Shown: piece by piece, positions 11,269 through 23,880 of the stretch
Layout: every line of letters begins with the position of its first letter
Numbering within the stretch: the stretch's first letter is position 1
From: Podarcis vaucheri
Taxonomy: Eukaryota
Strand: one strand, 5' to 3'
DNA length: 64,000 nucleotides
NCBI GenBank assembly: GCA_965113315.1
Contig: OZ220364.1
Position numbers and translations under genes: made by a program
The notes under the pieces: generated by a model
Database searches by the model: none
What the model was told of the DNA's origin: nothing
The model's input: only the letters and a program-made list of their open reading frames with translations

Positions 11269-14070
11269 ATTATTGTGGATACAGGGAAACCTAGTCAAAT
11301 AGAAGCAGCCAAAATGTCACAGGAGGCTTGTATTTGTGGTTTGGCTCTGATTCCCCTTCTTTTCAGGCTTGGTTGCAATGAACGGCACCTAAGGCTGGAA
11401 GTTGCAAAGTCTAGATAGTTGGGAGTGCCTCTGAGCATGTATACGGCGTGACACTGAATAGCCACAACCATCTCCTACACTTTTTGGATTTTGGAATATT
11501 TTCACCTAGGACGGCTGCATTTTGAAAGCTCCCCTTTCAGAGAGCTTAACAATATAATAACTAATGGGCACCCTGGTGCTTAAAGTGTTGCAGTGGTGTG
11601 TTCAGATAAACTTAGTTTGTATCAAAATGTTACAGAATTGTCATATTACAAGACCAGTCTCAAATCATGTTGCTTATGCAAAATGTTCTTCTTATGAGCA
11701 TTTTTCTTTTTTTCTCCTTTTTTTTATTTACTGCACCAGTATTGCTGCTGGAGTTTGCATCCAGTTTATAGTGCTATCTGTTGTCTGGGTTTCCATATAG
11801 GCAGATGTCTAAGCCTTAATACATTACAAAATGGATAGTTAGAAGACATCAGTAGAGGGTTTGTTTTGGTTTGTTTGTTGATGTTGATTGGTTTGGTTTG
11901 GTTTTTTTTTGCCATTGTAATCATGTTTTGCAGGAAGCTTCCAACTGGACTATTTCCCCAGTTGCTGTGGAAAATGGATATGACTACATCTACTCTACAT
12001 TCAACATTTTTTAACTGACTAATGAAGAGCTGGAAGGGAGTAACCCCCCTATACACACATGCCTATTTTAACATATGCATAATCCCAAACCCCTGAGATC
12101 TGGAAGGGGAAAACTCATGGGTCACAATGACACCTATCCACCACTTAAAGCACATCTGCAGCATTTGGTGATAATGCTCATGAGTTGGATCCAGAGTGTC
12201 TCTTACGTGAATGGAAGGGGATGAGATCTAGTGGAGGATCCTTCTGGAAGGAGGGTGGTAGTTTCCCCCCTTTGTGCCATGTCCCACACTGCTCTACAGG
12301 TACTTCCAACTCTCATTTTTCAGGATTTTGAAAATAGACTCCCCCCTCTTCCCTGGGCAGGAGCATTTCCTGAGTGGAATTCTGTCAGACTTATGGACCC
12401 AAGCCTGTGATTTCACCCATTACTACTAAAATCCACGGCAGGTATAATTGTGAACATTTATAAAACATTGGAGGAGTTTCAACTGGACAGTGTAAAGTAT
12501 ACATATTGTCAAATGTTAGTTCTTTCCATTTCAATAAAGCCAAGATGCAAACTAGTCTCTGGTGGAAAAGAACAGCAAATGTTTTTCCCTCTTGTGAAAT
12601 GTACACAGTGCATATATTCTTCCAAAATAAAACCACCGTGTTTCATGTATTGTGAGGAAATTGGAATGAATCTTTAAAGGCATGAAGTGACTACATAGGC
12701 TTGCTATCCTTAAAACTGAATCACGTGCATTTTAGGAGGTTTATATGGTGTGGAAGCCAAATGTTCTTCCTGTTTCTAGGAACAGAATTCCCCTTCCATG
12801 CAGTCGCTTTGATCTGACAATTTTTTATTGGGGCATTTTACGTTCTTCTGAGAAAGATGTGGCACAATATGCTTCCAGACATGATGCTAACCTAAAAATC
12901 AATGGACAGTAGTTCTCTAGAATTGGACCATAATGTTATATTGATAAATCTATTTTTGTACTGCCAGTTTGAGTTTTTCAAATGTATTGAATATTTTGAA
13001 TAACTGTCCAAGAGTAAATATCATACTTTCCTCACTTTCCTTACTTTGCATTCATGTAAGTCACATGAATATCTCTTTGAGAATGTAACTGAACACTTTG
13101 CATTGAAATGTGAGATGCCTACAGAGCATCCCAGGGCAAACATTGTTATAATTTGCTGGCATAACCTGAGCTGCTGGTAATCCTTTGAAGTTAAATTGAC
13201 TTCAGACAGCTTTTCTTCTCTCCTTGTAATCCATTGCAGAGTTCAAACCTTGATTTTTACTATATCAGGAAATTGTCCATAAAAGAGTCGGTTTTGTCTC
13301 AAGGTGTTTTGCTCTAAAAGGATGCATGTTAAGTCGCTAAAAAAAGTTCCGTGGCATTACTTCCAGGAACAAGTTTCTCATGAATGTGTTTTACCTGACT
13401 TTTTGCCTGATACACGGAGAAACTATCCAATGGTCATTGATAATGACAAGGTTGCAGGCAGTTAGCACAGTGATGTCAGAAACACTCAGACATATTATTA
13501 TCAGTTGCTAAAATAAAGCACAGAAGCTAAGTGCAGTGGTGCATAGCCCAAGGCTTGGGCTGGGCCAGTTTTATGGATTTAAATTTAGTTCAGAGGGAAA
13601 GCACATAGTTAGTGTGTTCTTTAGCTATAATCAGCAAAAGAGGAAATGGCTATCTGTAAAATGTAGATACTTAAAAGATACACAATCATTACAAGAAGGG
13701 GTGATAATCTGGAAGTTATTCTTCTGCAGCAGCCTTCCCCAACTTGGTGCCCTCCATAAATTTTGGACTTCAGCTCCCATCAGCACAGCCATGCCACCAA
13801 AATCTGGAGGGCCCCAGGCTAGTGAAGCCTGTGTTGCAGCATTTAGTTTACAAGTACTTGTGGGCTTCCCACAGGTATCTAGTTGGCCAGTGTGAGAATA
13901 GGATGCTGGACGCGATGGGCCATTGCCCAGATCCAGTAAGATCTTTTGGGGATCTTATGAAATGGATTTCAGGTGTATTAGTTTTTAAACAATGGGGTGA
14001 AAACAAGCACATTTCCCCGATTACAGCAGAGTTTAAATTCACCAAGAATGATTATTGCTTATTTATATAA

Positions 14071-14243
14071 TTACAGGTAGGTAGCCATGTTGGTCTGAAA
14101 CAAAATAAAAAAATTCCTTCCAGTAGCACCTTAGAGACCAATTAAGTTTGTTATTGGTATGATCTTTCGTGAAGTGTGCATGCACACAAAAGCTCATACC
14201 AATAACAAACTTAGTTGGTCTCTAAGGTGTTACTGGAAGGAAT

Positions 14244-14244
<1 letters not shown>
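14071..14244. mobile_element. Penelope-like element remnant (inverted pseudo-LTR pair)
   Basis: 57-bp inverted arms 14112-14168 and 14188-14244 with 4 mismatches; partial hammerhead-type core between them; family call is from recognition. Confidence 0.65.

Positions 14245-14245
<1 letters not shown>

Positions 14246-14288
<43 letters not shown>
14246..14288. repeat. (TG)n microsatellite
   Basis: about 21 perfect units. Confidence 0.98.
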
Positions 14289-14291
<3 letters not shown>

Positions 14292-14911
14292 AATGATATT
14301 TATGTCCCCACCCCCTTCCTAATATTTACTCTGTGTCATTTGCTATGTAATTTTAAACAAACAATAATAAAATAGGCAATTAAGGCTGCAGTCTGTAGCC
14401 ACTTAGCTGACGGTAAACTTGTGGGACTCTCTCCGGAATAGATATGTACAGTACTGCACTGGACAAGTAATAAACAATCCTATGCTCTCTGGGAGGGTGG
14501 CTGAGGGGCTGCAGGATGCTGTGGCACCCAGTTCTGTGGATGAAGAGGGAGATCCACAGGCAGGGGCCTCCCTGGTATGGTGGTGGAGAGTTCTGGAGCC
14601 ATTGATCTTCCATGGTGAGTGCTCCACGAACAATTTGTCCACAAATGGGGTGTGTCAGGGATGGATCAGGGGACATTTTGGAATGGATCCAAAGTCCCCT
14701 TCTTACCCTGGCATCTTCTGCCAGCTCTGGAGCTGTTATGGCTGTTTTCTGTCTCATTGGGAACTGAATGGGAACTGGGAATGGGAAAGGCCACTCTCGT
14801 GGATGCACTCCTCTTTCTCCCTGGCTGCAGTGAGCCAGCAGGAGCCAGGAAGTAGTTGCTCCTCTGTGATGGAATCTCCCCACCACCAGCTTTTTTGAAC
14901 TGCTATGTAAT

Positions 14912-15262
14912 ATAATAATAATGATGATGATAATAATAATAATTTTATTGTTTATACCCTGCTCATCTGGCTGGGTTTCCCCAACCACTCTGGGCAGTTT
15001 ATGGCATATCTAAAAATATAATAAAAACACCGAGCGTTAAAAACCTCCCAATACAGGGCTGCCTACAGATGTCTTCTAAAAGTTGTGTAATTCTTTATCT
15101 CCTTGGCATCTGAAGGGAGGGCATTCCACAGGGAGGGTGCCACTACCAAGAAGGCCCTCTGCCTGGTTCCCTGCAACGTAACTTCTTGCAGTGAGGGAAC
15201 CAGCAGAAGACCCTCAGAGGACGACCTTAGTGTCCGATGGGGGTGGAGGCATTTCTTCAGGT
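14912..15262 (-). mobile_element. L2 LINE 3' end with trinucleotide tail
   Basis: minus ORF ...TRQRAFLVVAPSLWNALPSD...TFRRHL, L2 C-terminal motif; similar to copies at 38535, 44293 and 50868. Confidence 0.85.
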
Positions 15263-15889
15263 ATATGAGCATATTAGAAGATTTTGAGAGGATAGCAAAA
15301 GTAAACATTCCCGTACTCTCTTATCTGCCTTTGGCCCAGAGAGAAAACAACAACCAGAAGGCTACTTGCACCGACGTGAGATCCATCACATTCTTGTACA
15401 AAGATATCCCTATAATATTAACGTGTTAGTCATATAGAAGAACAGTAAAGCCACGTATATCTTCATATTGTGATGCATTACATGGAGAGATTGGAAAAGG
15501 CCAAGGGGCATTGTGCCAGAGACAACAATTGGATAAGGAACAGGAAAGTCAGACAGCAGTATTGCGTACCATGGGAAAAGTTTTCTAAATATGTTATTGC
15601 AATTTGCTGCTCTAATGTGGACAAATGTTCGGTACAGCCTCTTCTATAATGATCATTTGGACACCGGGCCTTCAACTGTAACCCATGAATTATGTTACTT
15701 TTAAGTCCCATATGGTATCCTGTTCCAGTTTTGGCAATGAGAAATGGCGAGGGGAAGAGAGCCAAGGTCATAACACTCTTTTTCCTTAGCCAATAGACCA
15801 CCTACTGGGAGCTACTGCTTTAACTGTAGTGAGTGCCTCTCCTTTACTGTACTACCCATCCCTACCAATGTTATGCAATGTTACAGGTA

Positions 15890-16027
15890 GCAGGTAGTTC
15901 AGATGGTAGAACATGAGATTCTTAATCTTAGGGTTGTGGGTTCGAGCCCCATATTGGGCAAAAGATTCCTGCATTACAGGGGGCTGGACTAGATGACCCT
16001 TGTGGTCCCTTCCAACTCTACAGTTTT
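15890..16027 (+). mobile_element. tRNA-derived SINE with CR1-type 3' tail (Squam2-like)
   Basis: B-box ggttcgagccc; tail ggactagatgacc...ggtcccttccaactcta; second copy at 26555-26695. Confidence 0.75.
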
Positions 16028-17530
16028 AGGTATTAACATACCCCTTTCTAAACGCAATTTCTGCTGATCTAGCAGGTAGTGTTGGCTAAGGAGCACTTCA
16101 CCCATTATACATTTCTGCCTCTTCTGTAATGTACATTGAGCATCTTTGGCTAAAAAAAGGCATGATTTGTGTTTCTTTCACTTGTTTCAGAGGCACAGCA
16201 GAACCATTTGTATGATATCCAGCTCCACACACACACCCCAAACAAACTTGTTCATTCTATAAGAAAATTGTGTCATATTTCCTTTCATACATCTGTTCTT
16301 AGCCAAAGGGCTACTCCAACTCCCAATGGCTTTCTTTCTTTCCCCTCTAGGTCACAGAGACCTGTGGCAAATTGTCCACTGTGACATATTCAGCCTCTGC
16401 AACATATTGTGGGGAAGAAGAGAAACCACTTGTGTTAGAATGGCAATTCTAAAACTGTAGGTCTTGTAGCTGAATGTAGTCAGCATTGAGCTTCATGAAG
16501 ATAGTTCAGCAAATATTGTCATATTGTGGGTCCTATTTTTTAAAAAAATACGTTTAAGTATGAAGAAAGTCACATTTCAAACCATTTTTTAAATGTAGCA
16601 CCTCAGTGTATAATCTTTATGGACATTTAAATCTGACTCTCCCATGTTCCAAACCACCACTCTTCTTACTTCACCATAAAACAGCATCATAAAACTACCG
16701 CAGACGAGGTCTGTGCTTGAACCGCTTTTATGAAATGTAAAATGAATAGACGAAATGGACAAATAGTTGAAAACTTTCCTTCATCATTCGGTTGCTACCT
16801 TCTTCTGTATTTTGCAGAAGTCATGTTCCAGTCCACCATGTGCTGATCAAGGCTCATTTATAAGTGTAAATATGGCTTATTTGGTAGAACTGTCTATATA
16901 CTTTAGGTTGAAGTAATGAAAACTCCTCTGGCTGAAATTCAACCACCTACACCTTAGGAGGCCACAAAAAATGGAAGTGCAAGAATATTTCAGTCTCCTC
17001 GCTTTGGAAATGATTTCTAAAGCCAAAATTCAACCACAGGACTGTGACAAACCCAAAGTTAAACACTTTTGAGTCCCATTGATTTATAATGGTAGAGATT
17101 TAAGAACACATTTCTCTTTCCCTTTGAAACTAACTGAATCTTAATGAGCTTTGGCCCTTAATTTTGGACCAAGGGTTAGCTATCTTAGCCTTACGTGGAG
17201 TGCATTCTACCCATTTCCTTGCCTTCTTTGTCTCCCCCCCTCCCATTTTGTTTTCTGTGTCTGTAGTGTTTCTAATTATACCTTTTTTTAAAAAAAAATC
17301 TCACAGCTTTATTGAATACTTACAGACTTTACAGTATTTTCTTTCCCTTTGCCTTTTATTCTTCTTTATCTGGAATATGTATTAATGATCCTTTCTAACC
17401 CCATTGCTCCCTTTTAAATGTTTATTTGTTCTACTTGCCTCGTGGGCAAGTCCTGTTGTATTTCACCCGGTTTCCCCCAGATGTGTTTTCTTTCTTCTAC
17501 TCAAGCCTTTTTTTCTATTCTTCTCTCTAG

Positions 17531-17606
17531 AATTACTCTTTATGACTACCAAGCCATGTGCAAAACAACCAAAGAAAGTAGCGACAGCGCCCATAGCTTA
17601 CTGGAT
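17531..17606 (+). CDS. CACNA2D3: CACNA2D3 exon, ITLYDYQAMCKTTKESSDSAHSLLD
   Basis: long polypyrimidine tract ending ctctctag|, GAT|gtaagt donor; 76 nt; YDYQ.C motif conserved in alpha2delta. Confidence 0.97.
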
Positions 17607-17782
17607 GTAAGTACAGTTAACGTGAACATCCCTGCATTGTTGCTGAGAGCGGGGAAAATGCAGTATATGTGTGTCATCTTTATGTTACAAGTCTTCTCAG
17701 AAGCCTCAGAAGTCTTCTCAAATTGCCTTTCAGCGCTATTCCATATCACGAGAAAAATGGTTTGGAATAAATCAAGGCAAAT

Positions 17783-17884
17783 GAGTTGTATTCATCTTAG
17801 CCCTCCTCAGAGTAGACCCACTGAAAATAATGAACCTAACTTCAATGGGTCTACTCTGAGTAGGACTAGTGTTGCATACCACCC
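17783..17884. mobile_element. short palindromic MITE (PIF/Harbinger-like)
   Basis: arms ctcagagtagacccactgaa / ttcaatgggtctactctgag (19/20); related copies near 37980-38075 and 61167-61286. Confidence 0.7.
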
Positions 17885-19273
17885 AGTGTGATCCACATTT
17901 GCCATTTCAGAACACTCTACAGTAGCATTTTCTTCCTGACTAGCACTAAAGCTTTGTCGCTGTCTTTGTCTGTTATGAACACCTGCTTTCTGGAGTTTGT
18001 AAATTGCCTATAAACATTTGCTGTATTTTAAATTATGAGGGGAATTTCAATAGCCCACAGCTTAACATTAAAACCAACAACACTTCAGCCATTAATGAAC
18101 AATAGATTCATTTTCTAAGCATCTAACTTGTAGACCTACAAAAAGGGTTCTTCCTCCAGATGCACCTTTATTAAAATTATAAAGAGAGAGGCCTAGTGTA
18201 TTTTGAGCCTCAGGATTTTCTGCAAGATTTGTGAGTATTGTTAATGAATGGAAGGGGAGCAGATTGTTTGGGTTCAGGGAGGACTGGAGGGGGGGGAGAA
18301 AAACTGGTAGCCCCATTGCACAAGCATATTTTCATTGTGCAAGCCGACCACCACAACTAGATCTCACCCCAAAATGGCAGTTATATAGTATGAATATTTT
18401 TAATTCACTTGCAATAGAATCCGTGCCTATTTATTAGTCTTCAGTGTGATGGTTGCTGAAATTGTCAACAGAATATGAGTAGAATTCTCTAAAATTATGA
18501 AGCTCTGTAGATTAGGAAGCTTAGTTTTGTACCTACCATTTCTTAAATTTGAAAACACAAAGTGATGGAAGCAAACCAAACTTCCACCGTTTATTATATA
18601 CAATGAAATGGAATATTTTTTGGCTTATGACTGAATATTTTGAAAGAACTGAGAAATAGACTTAAGTATTTTCTTCATTTTCGGTGATTTTTCTTCAGAA
18701 GCAAAATAAAAAGGAAAAAAGTCACATTGGAAAGAATTTTGTTTTCTACCTCAGCCTTAACTTCACTGTTTTATGATCCATCATGGTTTTTTTTAGAATG
18801 GAAAAGGTAAGGTAAAGAAATATACAAGGTTTTGTTTTCCACTTTTTCATTTCACTTACTGCTGTACATGAGGTTTCAGAGTTAATCATTTCAGGTAGAC
18901 GTCATCACTGGGAGATGTCTGATGGTGTCTTTTCCTCTGACAAAATGTATCCACCAGTAGATTCCTCATCCTTCCTGCAAATCTTTGCACTTACCAGAAT
19001 CTGCTCCTGAGCTCAAGCCTGGGAAATAGTAGCCACTGAACGATAAAAAAATCAAATACCCCTTTTATTCATTTCCCTTCTGGACCACTGATTATATTGA
19101 TCATCATTTGTTAAAAAATGTATTACAAAACTAACTGAACCACAAAATCTTGAAGGGGTGGTATTTACCACCAAAAGACTATATGTTCTTGAAATATTAC
19201 ATAAATCCATCACTTGGTGCACTTAAATATTATATATTCTAGTCTTTTGATTAAACAAATTGCTTCTCTCCAG

Positions 19274-19326
19274 CCTTATAAAGCTTTCTTTGCTGCAATA
19301 AAATGGATTGTGACTGAACTTGTCTT
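19274..19326 (+). CDS. CACNA2D3: CACNA2D3 exon, PYKAFFAAIKWIVTELV(L)
   Basis: cttctctccag| acceptor, TT|gtaagt donor; 53 nt. Confidence 0.95.
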
Positions 19327-20607
19327 GTAAGTAACACTTACTAAGATTTGAAGATTATTTGTACCTTTCCATCTTGCATGTTTTTTCATGTATACAGCAA
19401 TTTGCATCGATTTTCAAATCTCCTGTGCATAATTTCAGAACATGCTTAAAACCTGTTTTTATGATGTAGTCATTTCCAACATGCAAACTAAATTTATTAT
19501 TGTGGTTGCAGTTAAATCTAATATGAATATTTGGCTGTTTCCAGTGCTGCTTGGGTGGGCTGTTCCCAACCAAGTATCCTTTTTCAGAGGATCTTCTGTT
19601 CTGCAGTTTCATAAGGGATTCAAACACATAGGCTGTCACACGTGAAGCTTATGCAAGCTCTGTCTGTGTTTCTTGCATTATAATAAATTATTGTCATTAT
19701 CTAATAATATTTAAAATGAAAATGGACGAAAGCTTGAGAAGGCAGCACTGCTAAGCAGTTCAAACACTAAGATTGTAGAAAACACCTTTAACATTTTTAT
19801 TATACTTTTATCTGCAAACCAAGGGATATATGATTGACCTGGTTTTGCAGACTCCCAGCATGCAGTTTTAAAGCTGAATCTCTTGAAAGGAGCAAAGGGA
19901 AAAAAATGTGTGGGTGTGTTTGCTAATTGCCAATGAAAATCTTTGTAAAATTCAAAATCAAGTGATCACTAAGATCAAGTTGAACAAAGCAATCTGCACC
20001 CTACATAGTTATGATAAAAAACATATATTTTTTTTTAGCAAGGATGGATGCTGGACTACAACCTCCATCATCCCTGACCATAGATCATATTGGTTGGGGC
20101 TGATGGGAGTTGAAGTCCAGTAACATCTAGGATGCCAGTGTCATTTCATAGCGTAGAACGAAGGCTAGAATGGGAATAATGTCATCATTTCTTCTTTTAT
20201 ACCATAGCAATGAAGGTTTGTACCATAGCAATGGAATTTTAATACAGTAGCAATGAAAGTTCAATCTACATATTATTTTTAATTAGAGAATCAAAATAGA
20301 CCGTACTGAAAAATAACTCTGCAACTTATCTGAAAGTTAAGATAGCTGAAGACTGCCAAACACTAGAAACTATGAGAAGTTTTACCTATGGAATCTCTTG
20401 ATTATACAATGGAATACCAATTTTAGCAGAATTTGGAATGGCAGGATCAAGTCAACTGGGTTAAAATTAACAACAGTAGAAAAGAGTTCATCTTAAGCTA
20501 CATTTATCTTTATTTTGAATAGAATGAAATGAATCCTGTTACTGACAGCTAATGGTATGAACATGCCAGATGTAATCATTTGATATATTTGATCTTTTGT
20601 GGTTTAG

Positions 20608-20663
20608 GTTTCTGGTGGAATTTAATCTATGCAATTGGTGGCATTCAGATCTAACAACAAAGG
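20608..20663 (+). CDS. CACNA2D3: CACNA2D3 exon, FLVEFNLCNWWHSDLTTK, near the alpha2/delta proteolytic junction
   Basis: ggtttag| acceptor, AGG|gtaagc donor; 56 nt; frame continuous with neighbours. Confidence 0.95.
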
Positions 20664-21844
20664 GTAAGCACACTTTGTATTCATGGTGACATTAACAAAT
20701 ATGTTCTTTGCTTTTATAAACACAAGGCAGCATTCCAAAAGATCCATGGAACTCCATGTGTGCAGGCACTTCCAGTTTTCTGCTATGAGAAGGGAAGCCT
20801 GCCATGCACAGGGACATTTTCCATTGCACATGCGGGCTTCTGATGACAGGCATTGGCTACAGTCCTGAAACCTGTGGGTCAAGCATAGTAAGATGATGGA
20901 GACTACTTAAGGGTAAGTGGTTTGAAGACTGCAGCCAAAGCCCATTACATTATCTGATGGCAGCCTTGCTTTAAAACTGCAGTGAGATTACAGGGCATAA
21001 AGCAAAATGTTTAACCATTTGGAAATAACACTTTCATTTTTCAGCAAAGGCAAAAGAGAATATTGTAGAGCCAAACTTATTTCCTCCTTTGGTCCAATGT
21101 GATTCTCTAGATTGCAAACCATTTTCCTCTTACATCACAGTCCTATGAATGGGTAGTCAAAAGGAAATCCTATTGAGTTCAGTAGGACCTGCTCCCAGGT
21201 AACTATGTATAGGATTGTAGCCACAGTGAGCTTTGCAGTTTTCTTATCTGTTGATTTTTTGTAATTATTTCATTCATTAGACTCAAGGGACAGTAAGGCT
21301 TCTGTCAGCAGAAGGGAGAGGGAAGCAGTTTTCAGCAGTCCACCTCCTTCTTGCAACGCTTCTGCACCCCCCCTAAATCTTCTCCAGAGAGTTGGGGGGG
21401 CAAAGAGAGAGGGAAACCAGTGCAAATTGCTGATCTTCCCATTCCAGTGCTGGCAACGGTATTCCCAGCTGAGCAATCTGGGAAGAGCTCCTTATTTGTC
21501 CCTTCTCCCAGACACTGAACTGAGAGCAGAGCAGAAATTTCCCAGAAGTCTTTTTCCCCACTGATAATATTGCAAAGACTTTTCTTTTTCTCATCCCAGG
21601 GCCCCCTTGCCCCCAAAAAGGCCACTTTGCAAAACTTTACCTGAATATTTTCCCCCTAGAACAACACTAAGTCCAGGAATGTGAAATGGTAGATAGATTG
21701 CCAAAGCTATTGCTGCTGCTGCCACTTAAAAAAACAAAACCTTTAGACAAAACAAATAAATTGTTCATGGTGACCCCACACCTGAAAAGCTGCTGGAGAA
21801 TTTCTTCTCACAACGGAAAAATTGAGTGAAATCATGCACCCAAG

Positions 21845-21986
21845 CAGGGCTTTTTCTCAGGGGGGGCGGGGACTCACAGGAACTCAGTTCAGCACCTCTC
21901 ATGCGGGCGCCATTGCTACTCTTAAGAAAACAAAGGAGGTGTCTTTGGTGAGCTCCGGCACCTCTTTTTCTAGAAAAACAGCACTG
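21845..21986. mobile_element. hAT-type MITE, degraded
   Basis: CAGGGCTTTTT / AAACAGCACTG ends; imperfect 8-bp TSD cacccaag/cccccatg. Confidence 0.6.
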
Positions 21987-23573
21987 CCCCCATGTTCCCT
22001 CCCCAAGTGGAAGAATTAGAGGTTAGATGGCCATCTGTCATAGTTGCTTTAGTTGATATTCATGAATTGGACTAGATGACCCCCAGGCTCTCTTCCAGCT
22101 CATCAATTCTATGAATCTCCTGGACCAGGGATAGTTTTAGCTCCTATTCTAGTGATCCCTGAGGGTACCTTTTTTAGTTTCTCCCACATGATTGAATGGG
22201 GCTAACACGTCTTTGGGGCAAAGCACTGCATTACAGTAGATAAAGGGGGAAAGATCTGCCCCCTACCCCTGACACAGCTCCTGACGCAGCTCCTCCTACC
22301 CAGGGGATCCTACAGGGAAATGCAAGGTGCAGCAGACCATCTGGGTTGTGATCTTGGTCATTTTGCTTGCATTTCCAGCATTGGCAGTCTGCTAGGAGAA
22401 TGTGTAGGTAGCACACAGCAGCCGAATGTAGTCCTCTGATGCTCTTCTGGTCTGCTGGATTGGGGCAGTACTGATGAATTCATGCAGTGTCCTTATGCGA
22501 CCCCTGCCCCCCCCCATGGCATATGTTACGCTACCCAATGAAATGTCCTTTCGGCCCGTGACTCTCTTCCTCAAAACAAATAGAAATAAATGTGTGTTAC
22601 CACTGTAACAGTGTTATTACCTTGCAACCTTCCTTCCTTAAGGGCAAAGGTTTGCCATTACCTCACTAGATAAAGATACTGAGCCTGAGGGGTATTCATT
22701 CACATTATAGCTGGAAGCAGAGCATGTAATTATACACTTCACCTGGTCCCTTTCTTTAATTACCAGGAGACTGGAAAGTACCCCCTCATCCTGATCACTA
22801 GAAAGGTATCATTTTAATGCAGCTTGTGTTTATAGAAGTGGATGAGCTGGCAGTGATATGGAAGGTGGTGAGCAGGCATTAAAGAGAGCAGGTTCAGAAA
22901 CTAGAACAGGGATGGGGAAGCTGTGACCTTCCAGATGATGTTGGACTCCAACTCTTATCAGTCCCTGTCACCGTGAATGATGGGAGTTGGAGCCCAACCA
23001 AGTCTGGGAACACCGAGTCCCTATCCCTGAGCTAGACAGTGAGTTGTCTTCCTCTCTGTCTATTCTATTGAGAATTAAATCAACTGGGTCTGTTTCCCTG
23101 AACACAGCACTCAAAGTATCCCTATCCTTTCATTGTGGTTGTGAGAAATATTCCTGGAATTATTCCTTTATTATGCTTGCAATCCACTTTTAATCTGTAA
23201 AATTGATGGCGACTTAGGTGGCTCCTATTGGTCACATAGCCAGTCTCCAATCAGGGCTCACAAGTGCAAGAATCCTATGGCATCAAGTACTCCCAAACCA
23301 ACTAATGAGTAGCCGGTATAGGCCATAAAGAATGGAGATTAACTGGGCAGAAATGAGTATATGTGTGTTCACATCCATTGTCAAGTATACATGAAAAGAA
23401 TGCGGGGGACCCCTGCAAGTTCACTTTTATTTTGGATACGTTCATCAACTTATAAGATTTTGCCTTTAATTGAGTTTTTCAAATGAGAGCTAATTGTAGA
23501 TGCTCCAGCAATTATAATAAAATACTATTGGTTAGACACTCTTGGCAAACTGTACAAAAATACTGCTATATGG

Positions 23574-23880
23574 CAGGGGTGCCTAACCTTTTTGGAGCAG
23601 AGGGACATATTGATCCATGGTCAGCTGTCTGGGAGCTGCATATCAAAGCAAGAATGCAAAATATTGCAATTTTTATTTTTGAAAATACACATTTTAGAGA
23701 TCTTGGGAGGGATTACAAAATTTTTTGCATCATATTAGAGGACCCATTGGAGCAGCAAAAAGAAAAAACTAATAACTTTTAAAACAAATTTAAAATTGAC
23801 AAATTTTGCTGGATCTTGGGGGCCACCAAAAACCCCTTGGGGGACATATGCAGTCTGCTGACTGCAAGTTAACCACCTCT
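23574..23880. mobile_element. hAT-Charlie-like non-autonomous element, degraded
   Basis: begins CAGGGGTGCCTAACCTTTTT, ends GTTAACCACCTCTG. Confidence 0.55.

Noticed and set aside
15890-15960. tRNA-like sequence (also near 25311 and 26555)
   Set aside because: These are SINE heads followed by LINE-derived tails, with degenerate stems; not tRNA genes.
17418-17891. 157-aa ORF in the supplied track
   Set aside because: Only 17531-17606 is a real exon; the rest is intron read-through.
19574-19583. GTATCCTTTT (and ATATCCTTTT near 37382) as extra U12 donors
   Set aside because: No exon or paired U12 branch/acceptor found, and the flanking exons join through GT-AG sites; one or two such 9-mers are expected by chance in 64 kb.
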